From Neocallimastix sp. 'constans' (lineage: Eukaryota), in the NCBI GenBank assembly GCA_050613775.1, contig JBODTK010000138.1, forward strand, positions 1 to 64,000: a stretch of DNA of 64,000 bases. The letters are read 5' to 3'. The notes below the pieces were generated by a model. It was not told the origin of the DNA. It saw nothing but the letters and a program-made list of their open reading frames with translations, and made no database searches. The first letter of the stretch is position 1; each line of letters opens with the position of its first letter. Positions 28,201 to 42,180 of the stretch are shown in pieces. Position numbers and translations under genes: made by a program.

Positions 28201-30576
28201 ACATATGAAAAAAAGATTTTCGAACTTCTGAAATTGACGTGATATTAAGTTCCTTAGCAATATTGAATGAAGTTGAAATAAATTTCTTAGAAATATCATC
28301 AATACTAATATTAGGATCTGGAATCACTTCCTCTAATACACTAAAATAGTTGTTGTCAAAAATTGATTCTTTTTCATTTATACATTTTAATCTATCCCAT
28401 TTAACTGTCTTTTTAGGCAGAGAGAAAGAATTATCTGAATTAACTGATGAAAAACATTTACCTTTTATTAATAAAGGTTTATGATCCGAAATGGGGGGAA
28501 AGTCAATAAAAGTACCATATGAAAGTAAATCTAACATATGATCATTGACAATCGCATGATCTATATCAGATTCTCTATTACCTCTACTCCATGAAATTGG
28601 GGAGCCCCATAAGGGAAGAATTTTCCAATTACTAAATTTAGAGAGCAAATTACTTAATTTCTCAGTAGGTAAATTAAAATCACCAACCAACATTGAAGGA
28701 TGAGAAGAGTGACTATTTAACCAAGACAATATTTCAATTCTAGCAGCTCTAGCATGAAGGCTATGGCCACTATGAGGTACGTACACATTACCAATAGAAC
28801 ATTTAGTGAAATTCCAAAAATTATAAGTATACAAGGAAATAATATACTCATAAGTGTTGTTTTCAAGAGAGGCTTGACAAGAATTATGAAACCCAATATA
28901 AAGACCTCTTTTACCGGGAATTTCATTATTAGCTTTTTTGAAGAAATGTTTGTAGTTTTTTAATGATACTCGACATGGATATTTACTGCTAGAACCTGAA
29001 CCATTTCCTGTTTCCTGAAAGCATAAGAAAAGTGGTTTGTACAATGAAATAAAGAATTCAACACTGTCTTTTTTATCAAAGTTCCATCCATTAGTATTCC
29101 AACTGACACATAGAGAAAATTCTTTAACTGTATTATTATTAATATGAGTGTTATTAATATTATTGGAATTATTATAATTGATTGAACTGAAATTTGAATT
29201 TGAATCTGAGCTTGAAACTGAATTTAAACATAAATTTGAAATTGAACTTGAACTTGTACTTGAACTTGAACTTGTACTTGAACTTGAACTTGAACTTGAA
29301 CTTGAACTTGAAATTGTACTTGAACTTGGACTTGAACTTGAACTTGAACCTGTACTTGAACTTGTACTTAAACTTGTACTTGAACTTGAACTTGAGCTTG
29401 TACTTGAACTTGTACTTGAACTTGAACTTGAGCTTGTACTTGAACTTGAACATGAATCTGTATTTGAACTTGAATTTGAATTTTGACTTGAATCTACATT
29501 TGAATTTGAAGTAGTGAATAAGTTGATATTATAAGATGAATTCACTTTTTCTGATAAGGCAAAATGTTTCCTTTTGAGTGAAGAAAAACTGTATTTATGA
29601 TTCCTTTTGCTACAATTAATAACGTTAATTGAAGCACGTTTGAAACTATTAACAATACAATCAGTAATAGATGTTAATTCTTCTTCATTACCTACTATTT
29701 TAATTTTAAAGAATGCATCATTAAAATTAGCAATACGTTTAACTGATAAAACCTTATCATTTAATTCATTCAGAGTTTTCTTTAAATGTCTTCTCATTTT
29801 GATTTCTGGCCAAGATCGAAGTCCGCGGATAAAGAGTAGTTTCGTATTCTCCATTGGTATACCGTGGCACCTTGAACCTCTTAGAATGAAATTCTGATTT
29901 CTTATAAATTGGATTTCCATAATAGTAATAAAAAACTAAAAATTAATAACTAAAAAAAAAAAATAAAAAAAAGTCAATTTTTATTATAAAGTCTTGAGTA
30001 TAATGAGAATTGTAATAATTTTATATCTTTTTGGAGTAAATAATTTCGATAATTAGTAGTTTGTTGAATGATTGAAAAATAATTTGATTTAGCACTTTTT
30101 TCAGTATATTATTTAAATTGAATATCATAAAGTATTTAATGACTAAGATTGAATTGATGAAATAAAATGGCACAAAATTAGTAAAGAGTTAAATAAATTA
30201 CTACAAGATTTAGAGTGAATCAATCTCTTACAACGTGATACATGAAATATATAGTTGAAATACAATTGAATACAATAGATTCTTACATGAGAATAGTAAT
30301 ACTACATGAAAATAGAAATACAATGAAAATGTATTACTAATTCTTGGGTGTAACTTATTTAACAATGTTCCAAAAATGCACCATTATATTCCGCAGTGAG
30401 TGTTCACCAGAAAAATTTTACCAATAACATTACCATTGCGCATAATGTTATTAATTAACACAAAATATAACTTTACTACTATTTTGCACCAGTACTGTGA
30501 ATCTACTTTATAAGAGTAAAGTTAATTCCCCTTGCAGGCGATTTAAATACATAAATCGAGTACACCCCTGCTCGGG
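25183..30576 (-). mobile_element. Full-length APE-type non-LTR retrotransposon (LINE)
   Basis: Perfect TSD ggggaagatcatt at 25170-25182 and 30577-30589, T-run to 25219 (poly(A) tail), intact ORF, about 650-nt 5' UTR and about 240-nt 3' UTR. Confidence 0.95.
25457..29920 (-). CDS. LINE polyprotein: APE endonuclease, reverse transcriptase, C-terminal CCHC-type knuckle (1487 aa)
   Basis: APE motifs SWNTNG, FQET, VGDFN, IDH, SDH. RT motifs SGPDGI, YRGISL, QFGFR, FLDLKKAYDSV, GVRQGCPLSPILFN, FADD, YLG. C-terminal CPCC...HWLIDC. Confidence 0.97.
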   Translation of the reverse strand: MEIQFIRNQNFILRGSRCHGIPMENTKLLFIRGLRSWPEIKMRRHLKKTLNELNDKVLSVKRIANFNDAFFKIKIVGNEEELTSITDCIVNSFKRASINVINCSKRNHKYSFSSLKRKHFALSEKVNSSYNINLFTTSNSNVDSSQNSNSSSNTDSCSSSSTSSSSSSSTSSSTSSSSSSSTSLSTSSSTGSSSSSSPSSSTISSSSSSSSSSSSTSSSSSTSSSSISNLCLNSVSSSDSNSNFSSINYNNSNNINNTHINNNTVKEFSLCVSWNTNGWNFDKKDSVEFFISLYKPLFLCFQETGNGSGSSSKYPCRVSLKNYKHFFKKANNEIPGKRGLYIGFHNSCQASLENNTYEYIISLYTYNFWNFTKCSIGNVYVPHSGHSLHARAARIEILSWLNSHSSHPSMLVGDFNLPTEKLSNLLSKFSNWKILPLWGSPISWSRGNRESDIDHAIVNDHMLDLLSYGTFIDFPPISDHKPLLIKGKCFSSVNSDNSFSLPKKTVKWDRLKCINEKESIFDNNYFSVLEEVIPDPNISIDDISKKFISTSFNIAKELNITSISEVRKSFFHMSQKIFNLQKLKMKLYKSIKRRGSYHNLDEFEELIDKYNRMCKIIHHMCNIYRKTEYQHWINTGCEYMKSHNPKKAWKWLKTTAKVDKFKNMSNSPVKDKNGKLATSTKEQLEVWHNHYKKLASSHSDINSALIEWSNKFSNGTIRYTRHNEWDINQDISIEEIREAILATPNYKASGPDGIPIEFYKALIPPDDENSVNNSSSGLNCLQKIYSRIWNGEFPSSWNEASIISIPKKGDDLSDCDNYRGISLINNGIKLISKIVSKRISEYGLKNNFIRPEQFGFRTKEECVSLFISIREICQRRKNDNKETYLAFLDLKKAYDSVPIGNILYKLDALGIRGKCYQFIKNLYLTSKASVKIDDQYSESFNIMKGVRQGCPLSPILFNLFINDIFNDVSELGIPLGESRCCGGLFADDIVLCAPSRTKLKKMLKKVNEWAKFNMMNFGINKCATMVIRPDTPLFQNKRDPTFYLAGQPIPITKCYTYLGIPFDKSLSLKPIIKLLNSKVTKALFSVSKFLSNSKIPIPFKKIIINSYVLSKVSYFAPLLGSNKTRTNNIQKLINKGLRWIAGIQKAKSFINVYSISKDLHIPPLSAKCALSQVKCFDKWKNSNCIISYLVNNIPKSRKYTWTKESRTLKRKLEKRGNNDNKIKDFYWKRDMKINSIKAEFYDKNKFEETSKFIKLCYDYPDLSYGFYWLLRARSGYRLDARIAKAAKIVDQMCPNFCPCCKSNKQWISHWLIDCPFFNHTRSKVNDKILFLYNAFYRGNLTNDIINSNNDNSNSNNSNSYNSNNNISNSIFSNVSNSIENNVYIDSSVCEKVFNFLLGGRSINNSTREWKDLFKCQMKSGAYSDTPFLVVTAALLQSIIPIAIGQQWSLFNRFKSNRTTTTKSVNAEETVRQASRASATNEDHNFVS

Positions 30577-30983
30577 GGGGAAGATCATTAAAGTTTCTAA
30601 AACTAAAGAGTAAAAAGTATTAATAATAATTTTTTTATACATATAATATAAATATAAGTTACTAATGCTATATTTTATATAAATATTTTTTTTTTTTTAA
30701 TTAGCTTCTTATTTTTTTTTTTTTTTTTTAATTTTTTTTTTTATTTATTTATTTATTTTTCTTTTTTTTCTATTAATTTTTATTATTATTTCATAACAAA
30801 AAAAAATATTTTTTTTTAAAAAAAAAAAAAGAATTAAATTTATTATTATAATTATACTACATGAATAAAAAATATATATATTTAATATAAAATAAATAGT
30901 AGATATATAAAATAACATAAAAAAAATAAAAATAACAATAATAATAATAATAATATTAAAATGAAAATGTTATTTTATATATA

Positions 30984-31023
<40 letters not shown>

Positions 31024-31067
31024 GATCTAAATTTATATTTGAAGTTTTCAAATTTTTTTTTTTTTTT

Positions 31068-31103
<36 letters not shown>

Positions 31104-31144
31104 GATTGAATCTAATTTAATCTAATTTTATATATCACATCTTT

Positions 31145-31177
<33 letters not shown>

Positions 31178-31297
31178 TTAAATTATAGGTAGATAGAAAG
31201 ATATAAATATATATATATAATGAATATATATATATATAATTGTTTAAGATATATAAAATATTAAAAAAAAAAAAAAAAAAAGGTCTTTTTATCTTTA

Positions 31298-31328
<31 letters not shown>

Positions 31329-31363
31329 GTTTTGTTTTGTTTTGTTTTTTATTATTACTTTTT

Positions 31364-33966
31364 TTAATCACAATGAGTAATATAATAATCCATATTTCTT
31401 TTTTCTTCATGAAGAATAGAAAGGACCGAATTTCTACCTCTTGATTTCGCCTTCTTTTGATTTTCATTCTCTCTATAGAATTCTACTTCAAAGGTAGTCA
31501 ATTTTTGTTCTAGTTGACGTATTATAGCTGAATTGGCAAATGAAGAAAGTAAGGCATTGGCATTATTCTCTTCAGGATGATGACTCATACTACCACTACT
31601 GTTACTATGTTTTGTTGGTCTTGGTAGAGATTTAGAACGGTAATGATGACCATCATATCCTTCTTGATATCGGTTACCACTACCTTTACCATCTCTTTCC
31701 AAATTTTTATTAGATTCAGAGAAATCTTCTAAATTCTTACTTGGAGGGTAACCATGTGGAGGAGGAACCGGTAATGGATGTTCTCCATAGGCTTTAATTC
31801 TCTCGAGAGGATCTTCAACTGATGATCCCATTTCAAAATCGTTAGCAGATACCGATTTATTTTTCTTATGGAAATGTTTACGTTGTAAAGTCATAGTATT
31901 CAATGGGATAACTTCAGTACCTCCTAAAATATCTGGTGGGACAGGAGTAGCTCTTTCAGTAGGTGGTAATACCTTAGCATCTTGTGGGAAACGTGTTGAT
32001 TTTGGAGTAGGTGGTGTGTCTACTGCATGCCTAAAGACAGTTAATTGAGGTGGTCTCATTGGAGTGGTTGGTGTTGCATTCTCTAAAGAACCAGTATTAT
32101 TATTTTCTCTTACACCACTACCACCAGAAGTTTTACGAGACATAGATGGGAAGGGAGGAATAGTAATATCATTGGTAGATCCATTTGTGGTTGGCTTACG
32201 TCCCTTAGACTTTTTCCTCTTAATATTAAGAGGTTTTCCAGAAGGATCATCTTGAGGTTTATTAGAATTCATAGTATTCGTTGTATTTAAAGGATTATTA
32301 GTTGAAGCATTATTATTAGGCATACTTACACCCATAGGTATACCCATTGGTATACCCATTGGCATACCCATTGGTATCATACCCATATTCATATTCATTC
32401 CATTAATATTAACATTAGTATTATTAGAATTAGTATTAGTATTAGTATTAGCATTCTTTAAGATAGATTTTGGTTGAGTTTGTGGACTCTTTAAGGTAGA
32501 AGAAGATGGACTTTTAACGGATAAATTATTATTTTTATTTTCATTGAAATTATCTGTCCCTGCATTGGAACCTACTACAGATCCTGATCCTGTAGAAGAA
32601 CCAACGGTAGAACCATTATCTTGTGAGCCATTTCTATTATGTTTAAAGCTAGCCGAACCTTTACGATCTAAGGTTGGTTTATTCATTCCAGAAGGTAGAG
32701 TTTCTGTGAGCGGAGAAGAGGTTGCATTAAGTTGAGATTTACCTAAAGAAAGTTTTTGATCTATTTGTGGAGAATTTGAATAATTACTACCAGGAGTACC
32801 TCTACCAGATGATTTCTGTTCTAGATTTGGAGTATGATAATTATTTGTATTGGAAGGTTTAACAAAGGAAGGTGAATTGACATTACCATTACCATTACCA
32901 ATTCGAATACTATTTTTGGAATCATTAATATTTGGGGTACCATTAATATTGGGAGTACCGTTAATATTGGGAGTAAAGGAAGATTTTGGAGTTTTAGGAG
33001 TTCTAGGAGTTGAAGGGCTTCTAAGAGTAGATGTATTAATGACCTCCTTAGCCATTGGACTCATATAACTCTTTACATTCATATTCTTATGTGTAGGTGA
33101 TGTAATAGGGGATTGATATTTAGCGGATGGTGATTTAAAAGAAGAATTAGATCTTGGTGTCATAGGTGAATTACTAAAAGAATCATTATTAGGTCTGAAA
33201 GAATGATTGGTAAAGCTTTGAATACTGTTCAAAGAATTTTCATTCTTCAATTCCATAACATTATTTTTATTGTTTATATTCATATTACCATTACCATTAG
33301 AAATCTTCAGAACATCATTTTGAGAATGATCAACGAAAGAATTAACGGATGGATTAATGGACGGATTAATCAAAGGATTTTGATTTTGATTTTGATTTTG
33401 AAGTTGATTGGTATAAATAAAAAGTTTACCACTAGGTGAATTAATATTTTTTGGAGTGGACGGACTACCAACACCTTGATAATATTTATTAGCTTGTGTT
33501 GATGGACTATATGGCATATTATTAAAGTTTTGCTTAATCTCTGATTCATTAAATGCTTTAGCATTAGTATTAACTCTAGGTGATCGATTGTCTTCAAAAG
33601 ACATATTTACTGGGGTATTATTATTATTGTTATTACTATTATTATTATTATTATTATTATTGCTATTATATTTTGGGGACATCATTTTACCACTTCCCAT
33701 AGGACTTAATATATCCGTTGACGTGATGGCAGCATTTATTGGCATAACATCTATATTAGATTTAGGAAGATTTTTAGGTGAATGGAAGTTACTATCTGAT
33801 GAACCAATTTTAGACATAGGTTTATTAGTATTAGCATAAACATCTGAACCTTCAAATAAACGACCATTATTATTTGTTGTAGAAGCATTAAAAGTTTCTG
33901 AACCATTATTATTGGGTTGATTTGAATTCTTTAAAACTATACTTGATTGACTATTATTAATATTAA

Positions 33967-34020
<54 letters not shown>

Positions 34021-34840
34021 TCATGGTTTTATTATTCTCAATTATTATGCTATCATAATTTGGTAAATCATCAATATTTGGAATTTGTGCGTATGGATTA
34101 TCATCTACAGGTTTATTAGGACGATTCATACTTCTATAATTAGAATAGTTTTCATCATTGAGTTGATTATAACCTTGAGATTCACCAAAACTTCTATCTC
34201 CATAATAACTCATGCTAGAATTTATATTTTTTTGTTTTTTCTTATTTCTCACAAAGAAGACAATCACTAAGAGAGCTAGTATAACCCCACCACCAATACC
34301 ATAAATAACATTCTTGGATAAACCTTTTTTAGGATCTACAGATGAATTTTCACCCTTTGAAATAGAAGATGGACGACTTTGAGATAAAGTTGTCATTGTT
34401 TGACCTATTGAAGTTGTTGAAGTAGTGACCACTTCGGTTATAGGTTTATTGATATCATCAGATGTATTATCATTTGGTGGGTTATTATTTTCAACAACAT
34501 CATCATTATTTTTATTATCATTTTTATTAATATCATTATTATTATTATTATTTTTACTATTATTTTTATTATTATTTTTATTACTATTATTATTATTATC
34601 ATTATTATTATTATTATTTGGATCTATATTTTCAGGTATTGTTTCACCATTAAATTGTACTACACGAACTTGATTCTTAACACATTCTGCACAAACATAA
34701 TTATTATTACAAGCATCACAGGATAATACGGAATCTTCACTTGTAAAAGGACAAGTGTAAAAAAAATTCACTGATCCTCCACATTCTCCACAACTTGTAT
34801 ATTGTACAATACCACAAACACCTTCTTGACCTGAAAGCAT
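31364..34840 (-). CDS. Single-pass membrane protein with Cys-rich N-terminus, Asn/Thr/Ser stalk and long low-complexity cytoplasmic tail
   Basis: 1158-aa ORF, Cys cluster in the first 55 aa, TM VIYGIGGGVILALLVIVFFV followed by RNKKKQK. An upstream exon may be missing because no signal peptide is visible. Confidence 0.8.
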
Positions 34841-35471
34841 TATCTATTAAAAATTATCTATTATTATTTAAAAAAAAAAAATTCTTATATGTATATATTT
34901 TATTTTTAAAACTATTATTAAAATATATATATATTGTTAGAATAACGATTATATATACTTTTTAAATAATTTTTAATTTCAATAAATATATAATAATATT
35001 TACCTATTATTTTTTTCTATTATTTTTTCCTATTATTTTTTATTTAATATTTTTTATCTAATATTTTTTATTTTTTTTTTTTTTATTGATTCTACATAAT
35101 AATAATAATATATATATAATTTTTTATTATTATGAAAAAATTATGTTTATTATTAAATAATTTTTTATATCTTAAATAATTTTTTTTATGTATTATTCTT
35201 TAAATATATATATTTTTGTTTTTTTATTTACTATTTTAACATTTTAACATGGTTTGTTAACAATATATATTAATTATATATATATTTGATAAATTAAATA
35301 AGAAAATAAAAGAAAATCAATCTATTATCTCTATCTATCTCTAACTATTTCTTCATTAAAAAAAAAATAATAAATAATATATTATATTATTGATTTTTTT
35401 TAAAACAAAAAAAAAAAAAATGGAAATATTAAAAATATATAAATATTGAAATATTGAATGAATTAATACTC

Positions 35472-35502
<31 letters not shown>

Positions 35503-37665
35503 AATAACAAAATCTATATTAGGTTCATATAAAATATAACGTTGATTTTTGCTTTAACTTTTTGATAATTTTTCTATTTTTTATTTTTAATTTTTTTTTT
35601 TTTCCTTTAAAATTTCTATATTGTTTTTTTTTTTTTTAATATGATTATTGTATTATTTTTTCCTTTGATTTCTTTGAATATATATATATATATTTTACAA
35701 ATATTTTTGAATATATTATAACTTTGAATTATTAATTTAAATAATTGTATTAATAAATATTATTGGAGATATCTACTATTATATTGTTGATTAAATTATG
35801 ATTTTCATTTTTTTTAAACTATATATATTAGAAAAATAGAAAAGAAAATATAAAAGAAATAAAAAAATAAAAAAAATAGATTAGTATGAAAAAGTATGAT
35901 AAAAATAATATATATAATGAACATTATGTATCATAAGTAAAAATATATAGCATAACTAATTAACAATTAATTAAATTTACATTTAGGATATAATTTAAAG
36001 TTAATGGCTTCATAACATTCTTTTATTGAAACTATTATACATAAGAATGTATTGATATATAAAAATATATATATTAATTTTTTTCTTTTATTTTCCTTTT
36101 TAAAATAAATTTTAATCTTTTATTTTTTTTTTAAAAAAAGATTAATTCTTTTTTCTTATTATTTGTTATAATTAATATTTTAATATCAATTATTACAGAT
36201 TAATTTTGAATTTTAAAATAAGATGAAATAGAAATAAAAACAAAAATAAAAATTAAAAAAAAAAATAAAAAATAAAAAAAAAAAGAACGATACAAAATTA
36301 AATAAATAAAAAAGAAAAATGAAAAAAATAAAAATAAAAATAAACTTTTTAATTACAAAACAAAAATATAAATAATTAAAGAATAATAATAAAAAAGGTT
36401 TTTTTTTTTATTTTATTTTATTTTATTTGATACTTTGTATCTTTAAATAAATAAAAAAATTATAAAATACTTTTTTTTTTTTTTTTTTAATTAAAAAAAA
36501 ATTAAAAAAAGAAAGAAAAAGGAAAAAAAAAAAAATTCTAAACTATAATAAATGATAATTAATAATTAATAAATTATAATTAATATTTATTAATTAATAA
36601 ATAATAATAATTACTTAATAATTAAATAATTAATTAAATAGTAATAAATAATAGAATTTTTTATATATGATTATTATACATTTCAAATTTTTATAATAGA
36701 ATAGATAGAATATAATAGATATACTAATTTATAAATATGACTGTTTTATCAATATAAAATATTATAATACAATACATATATAAATATACATAAATTAAAA
36801 TTAAATATTTTATTTTATATTATATTTTTTATAATATTTAAACTTTCTTAATATTCAATTTTTTTTTATTTATATTTTGTTTTTTTTTTTTTTATGGTTT
36901 TTGTTTTTATTTTGTTTTTTTTTTTTATTTTTTTTTTGGTAATCCGTTCATATATTAATAAATGGTAATTTAATATAATAAGAGTATATTATATTATATT
37001 AAATAACTATATATTTTATTTTACTTTATTTTATATATAAAATAAATTATAGTACATAAAAAGGAATATATCATAAATAAAGTCTATTATATATAAATTA
37101 TATAGAATAGATAAAGTGTAATCTTCTCATATAAACTTTATTATTAGTCCTTGAATGATCATGAATGAAATTTTAATAATTAATAATATAGCATTAAGAA
37201 AAAAAGAAAAAAAAAAGGAAATAATAATAATTAAATAATAATAAAAATAATAATAAAAATTAAAATAATATAAATTCAAATTAAATACTAATAAAATAAT
37301 ATTAATAATTATTAAACATTAATAAAATTATAATACTATTAATAATTATATAATAATAATAATATTAATAATTAAATATGATTTAGTTATTATTAATCTT
37401 TAATTCATTTTTTTTATATTTAGTTAATTTTTGATTTAATATAAAATAAATATATTTAATATTAAAATAATTTTATTTTATAATATAGTTGAAAGAATAG
37501 AATAATTAAAATTTTTATTTTTAATATGAATATTAATAAAAATTTTCTATATATTTAATATCTACTAAAATATATAATTTCGTTCTATTAATTCAATTAA
37601 CTTTTACAGTAATTTTCAATTTTCTATTTAAACTTTATTTATTAATTAATTAATTAAATCATATA

Positions 37666-37696
<31 letters not shown>

Positions 37697-37710
37697 TACA
37701 TTTATATATT

Positions 37711-37797
<87 letters not shown>

Positions 37798-39394
37798 TTT
37801 TTTTTCCTTATAAAATATATAATAAAAATTATCTGTATTTAATTTTATTTTTAATTTTATTTTTTATATTATTTAAACTTTTTCTATTTAATAATGGTTA
37901 AAGATAGCTGAATAAACTTTAATATATATTTTATCAATAATTTATATTGTTGAATATGAATAAATTAATTATTTAAATATTAAAAAAAAAAAAAAAGTAT
38001 TTGTGATACGTTGTACGTAGAATACATACATTACATACATTATATTATACATAATAGACATTCTCTCTATTTAATATAAGAATCATTGAACTACTTTGCT
38101 CTTCCATAAATTAAAAATTAATGATTGTTTATCATTTAATTGTATATAATGGAACCTAGAATAAATTTTACTTTTAAAAGTCAAAACGTTTAGTCAGTAA
38201 TGAATTAATGAATGAATTAATTATTTTAATAAATAAAAATGACATTCAATAATTAATAAATTTTAAATAATTAAAAGAATAAATAATAAAAAAAAAAAAA
38301 GTAGTGAAATGAAATGAATAGGCACATAAAATAATCGATATTTATTTTTTTTTTTTTTAATTTGATTTAAAAGACTAATCTTTAAAATAAAAATGATATT
38401 ATTTTAATTTAAAATAAAAAAAATTTTTATTTATTATTATGATTATTATTATTATACATTTTATAGATTTTATATCTAACGTTTATAATATCTATATTTT
38501 ATAGAGTATCTATATTTTATATATACTATTGTATATATACAATTTTATTTTATATTATATTATTATATATATCTATAAGATGTAAAATGACGACTTTGAT
38601 TATAAATTAGCTTCTATAAAATATTGAAATAAATAAGAACAATCCTTGTAATTTAATAATAAATTCTAAATGATTTTAGAAATGAATGAGAATCATCCTT
38701 TTAACTAATTTAAATTTTATATTTAAAATCAATGGTAGAGCATAAATTTAATATTCTGTTAATTTATGAAATAATAATAATAATAATAATAATAATGATA
38801 ATAATAATTATAAAATATATATATTAATTATACATATGTAATTTATTTTATTTGGATTGTTTCTACTTTATATATGGCTTGAAAATATTTTATGATATAT
38901 TTAAAGTATATGTACAAAATTAAATATGCAATAATTTCAAATACAATTAGTAAAATTAAATAAAGATTGATTGTTTTTTTTTTTTTTTTATTAAACTTGT
39001 TTAACCTATTAAAAATTTTATTTAAAATTTGAGGTAACCTTGTTCAAAAAAAAAAAAAAAAAAATAAAAAAATAAAAATAAAAATAAATAAAAAAAAATT
39101 AAAAATTTTTTTTCCTTAATAATGTAATTTTTTGTACAACATTATTTATAATGATTAAATAGTTGTGTAACTTTATTAAATTAAAAATAATTAAAAAATA
39201 TTTTTTTTATATATTTTATAGTTTATATTTGTATTAAAAAAGAATAAAATAAATAATAAATATAAAAAAAAAAAATAAGCATGATCAATTTTTATTCAAC
39301 GGATGAATAATATTTATTAAAGTTTTTAATCTTTCATTACTTAATATGGTAAAATCAAAATATATAAATAAAAAAAAAAAAAAAATAGATTATA

Positions 39395-39720
<326 letters not shown>

Positions 39721-41231
39721 TTTTATTATATTAGCATAGCTCTATATAAAATAGTATATGTTGCATTAGTATTCTTTTTGACTAATTTAGCTATATAAAA
39801 TATAATTAATAGTTATTGTTATTATCATATAAAGCATTTTAAAAAGAAAATTAATTATTGTGATAATAAATATCATATATAAAAATTAAAAAATAAGTAT
39901 ATACATATTTCTATAACAAGCAAAAAATAAAAAAAAAAGGAAAGAAAAGAAAGGGATGATTTTTAATTAAACAGGGGAAATTTTAAGTAATTACTATATC
40001 TTTTTTTTTTCCTTTTCCATGAAGATTTTTTGTTGATTTAAATTAAGTAAATATTACCATTTTAGAATTTCTGTAGGCATATAAAAAAGCGAAAATAGAA
40101 AAAAAAGGAAAAAAAATAAATATATATATTTATAAATGTAACGCAAGATATAAAAAAAGAAAATAATATAATAATGTTTTTATTATTTTTTTTTTCTTCA
40201 TTTACTTTTTTTTCTAATAAGAAGAATATAGCTTTAATTGAAAACTTTAACAATTTTTAAAATTTAAATATTATATATTTAAAGAAAATAGATATAAATT
40301 GTTTGAATATTAAATAAAAGTTTTTAACAATAAATTTATGTGTAACATAAATTTATTTTATTCATGCTATTATATATTCCATTTATTTTTATCATTTTAT
40401 TTTTCACGTGATTAGTAATAATTTATTTAAATAATAATTAAGATTATTATTTGTGTATTAAATTATTTTATTATTTATTATTACTATCTTTTTTTAATAT
40501 AATTATTAAATATTATAACATTTAAATAATAAATAATAAGTTTAGAAAAAGAAATATATATGAGTATTTTTTCCATTTATGGTATATTATGGTAGTTATT
40601 TTTCGATACAAAAAAAAAAAAGCCGTTTTTATATATATATATTTAATCGAATTTTATTCAATTAATAACTAATAAATAAATAATTTAATTTAATATACAT
40701 GTTCATATATATAAATTTTTTTTCTTTTCTATTTATAGTTATTTTGGCACTTTTTTTTTTTTTAGAATTATCTTCAAATAATTAAAAACAATTAAAAATA
40801 TTAAAATAATAATACTAATATTATTATTACGATTATACTACTTATTATTATTTTTATTTATTATTATTCATTATTATTTAATTATTTATTATTTATTATT
40901 ACTTATTTATTATTTATTATTTATTATTTATTATTTATTATTTATTATTTATTATTTATTATTTATTATTTATTATTTATTATTTATTATTTATTATTTA
41001 TTATTTATTATTTATTATTTATTATTTATTATTAAATTATTTATTATTTATTTAATTTATTATTTATTATTTATTATTTATTATTTTCAATATATAAAAC
41101 ATATAATAAAAGAAATTTTGAACATAATAATTGTATTTTAACATTTTTTTTAAAAAAAAAAAATAATAATAAATATAAAAATGAAATAATAAATTTATTA
41201 ATTAATAATTATTTATCTATATTTTTTATTA

Positions 41232-41276
<45 letters not shown>

Positions 41277-41278
<2 letters not shown>

Positions 41279-41616
41279 TAATATTTCATATTTTTTATTT
41301 TCAACAATTAATTTTTATATTATTATCTTTATAATACTATTATTAACTATTACTTATAAATTATTAGTTACTGATCAATAATTATTACTTAGCATTATTG
41401 TATATAATGAATAAAAAAGGTTAAGTAAACATACATGAATATATGAAAAAAAAAAAAAAATAAAAAATAATCAATTATAATGAATAAAAAAGGTTAACTA
41501 AGTAATAATTTTTGATTAGTAACTAACAATTTATAAGTAATAGTTAATAATTAGTATAATAAAAATAATAATATAAAAAATTAATTGTTGAAAATAAAAA
41601 AATATGAAGTATTAAA
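41277..41616. mobile_element. Long inverted repeat, MITE-like
   Basis: About 41277-41392 is the near reverse complement of about 41498-41616, with a spacer of about 105 bp. Confidence 0.6.
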
Positions 41617-41959
41617 AGCTTTTTAAATTAAGATATAACATCATATTATATTACGATGTTATTCATAATGTGATGTTATATATATTATTTATTTATATAT
41701 ACTTTAAAATATAAATTAACAAAACTTTATTAAATTAAAATTTAAATCTAATTAAATCATGAATTTTTTAATCAATAATGCTTTAATTATATTTGTAAGA
41801 TTATAATATCATATATAATTTTTAATACTTAGGTATTTAAATATATATTTAAATATTATTATTTATTATTTTTTATTTATTCTATTTTATTTTCATATCT
41901 TACCTTTAATTCTAAAAGTATTATATTTACTTATGGAATAAAAAGTTTCTTATTATTCA

Positions 41960-42180
41960 ATTCTTCTACTTCTTTTACCTCTACTTCTACTTCTACCTCT
42001 ATTTCTACTTCTTCTTCTATTTCTATTTTCTATTTCTATTTTCTATTTCTATTTTCTATTTCTATTTTCTATTTCTACTTCTACTTCTACTTCTATTTCT
42101 ACTTTTACTTCTACTTCTACTTCTACTTCCACTTCTACTTCTTTCACTTCTATCTCCATCTCTACTTCTACTTCTACTAT
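41960..42180. repeat. (TCTACT)n/(TCTATTT)n repeat
   Basis: Imperfect hexa/heptamer tandem array. Confidence 0.85.

Noticed and set aside
29172..29514. ELEL/LNLN/FKFK ORFs
   Set aside because: Alternative frames of the hexamer repeat encoding the LINE Ser-rich linker.
30577..30590. ggaagatcatta resembling the 18S rRNA 3' end (GGAAGGATCATTA)
   Set aside because: Imperfect match with no surrounding rDNA; it is the TSD.
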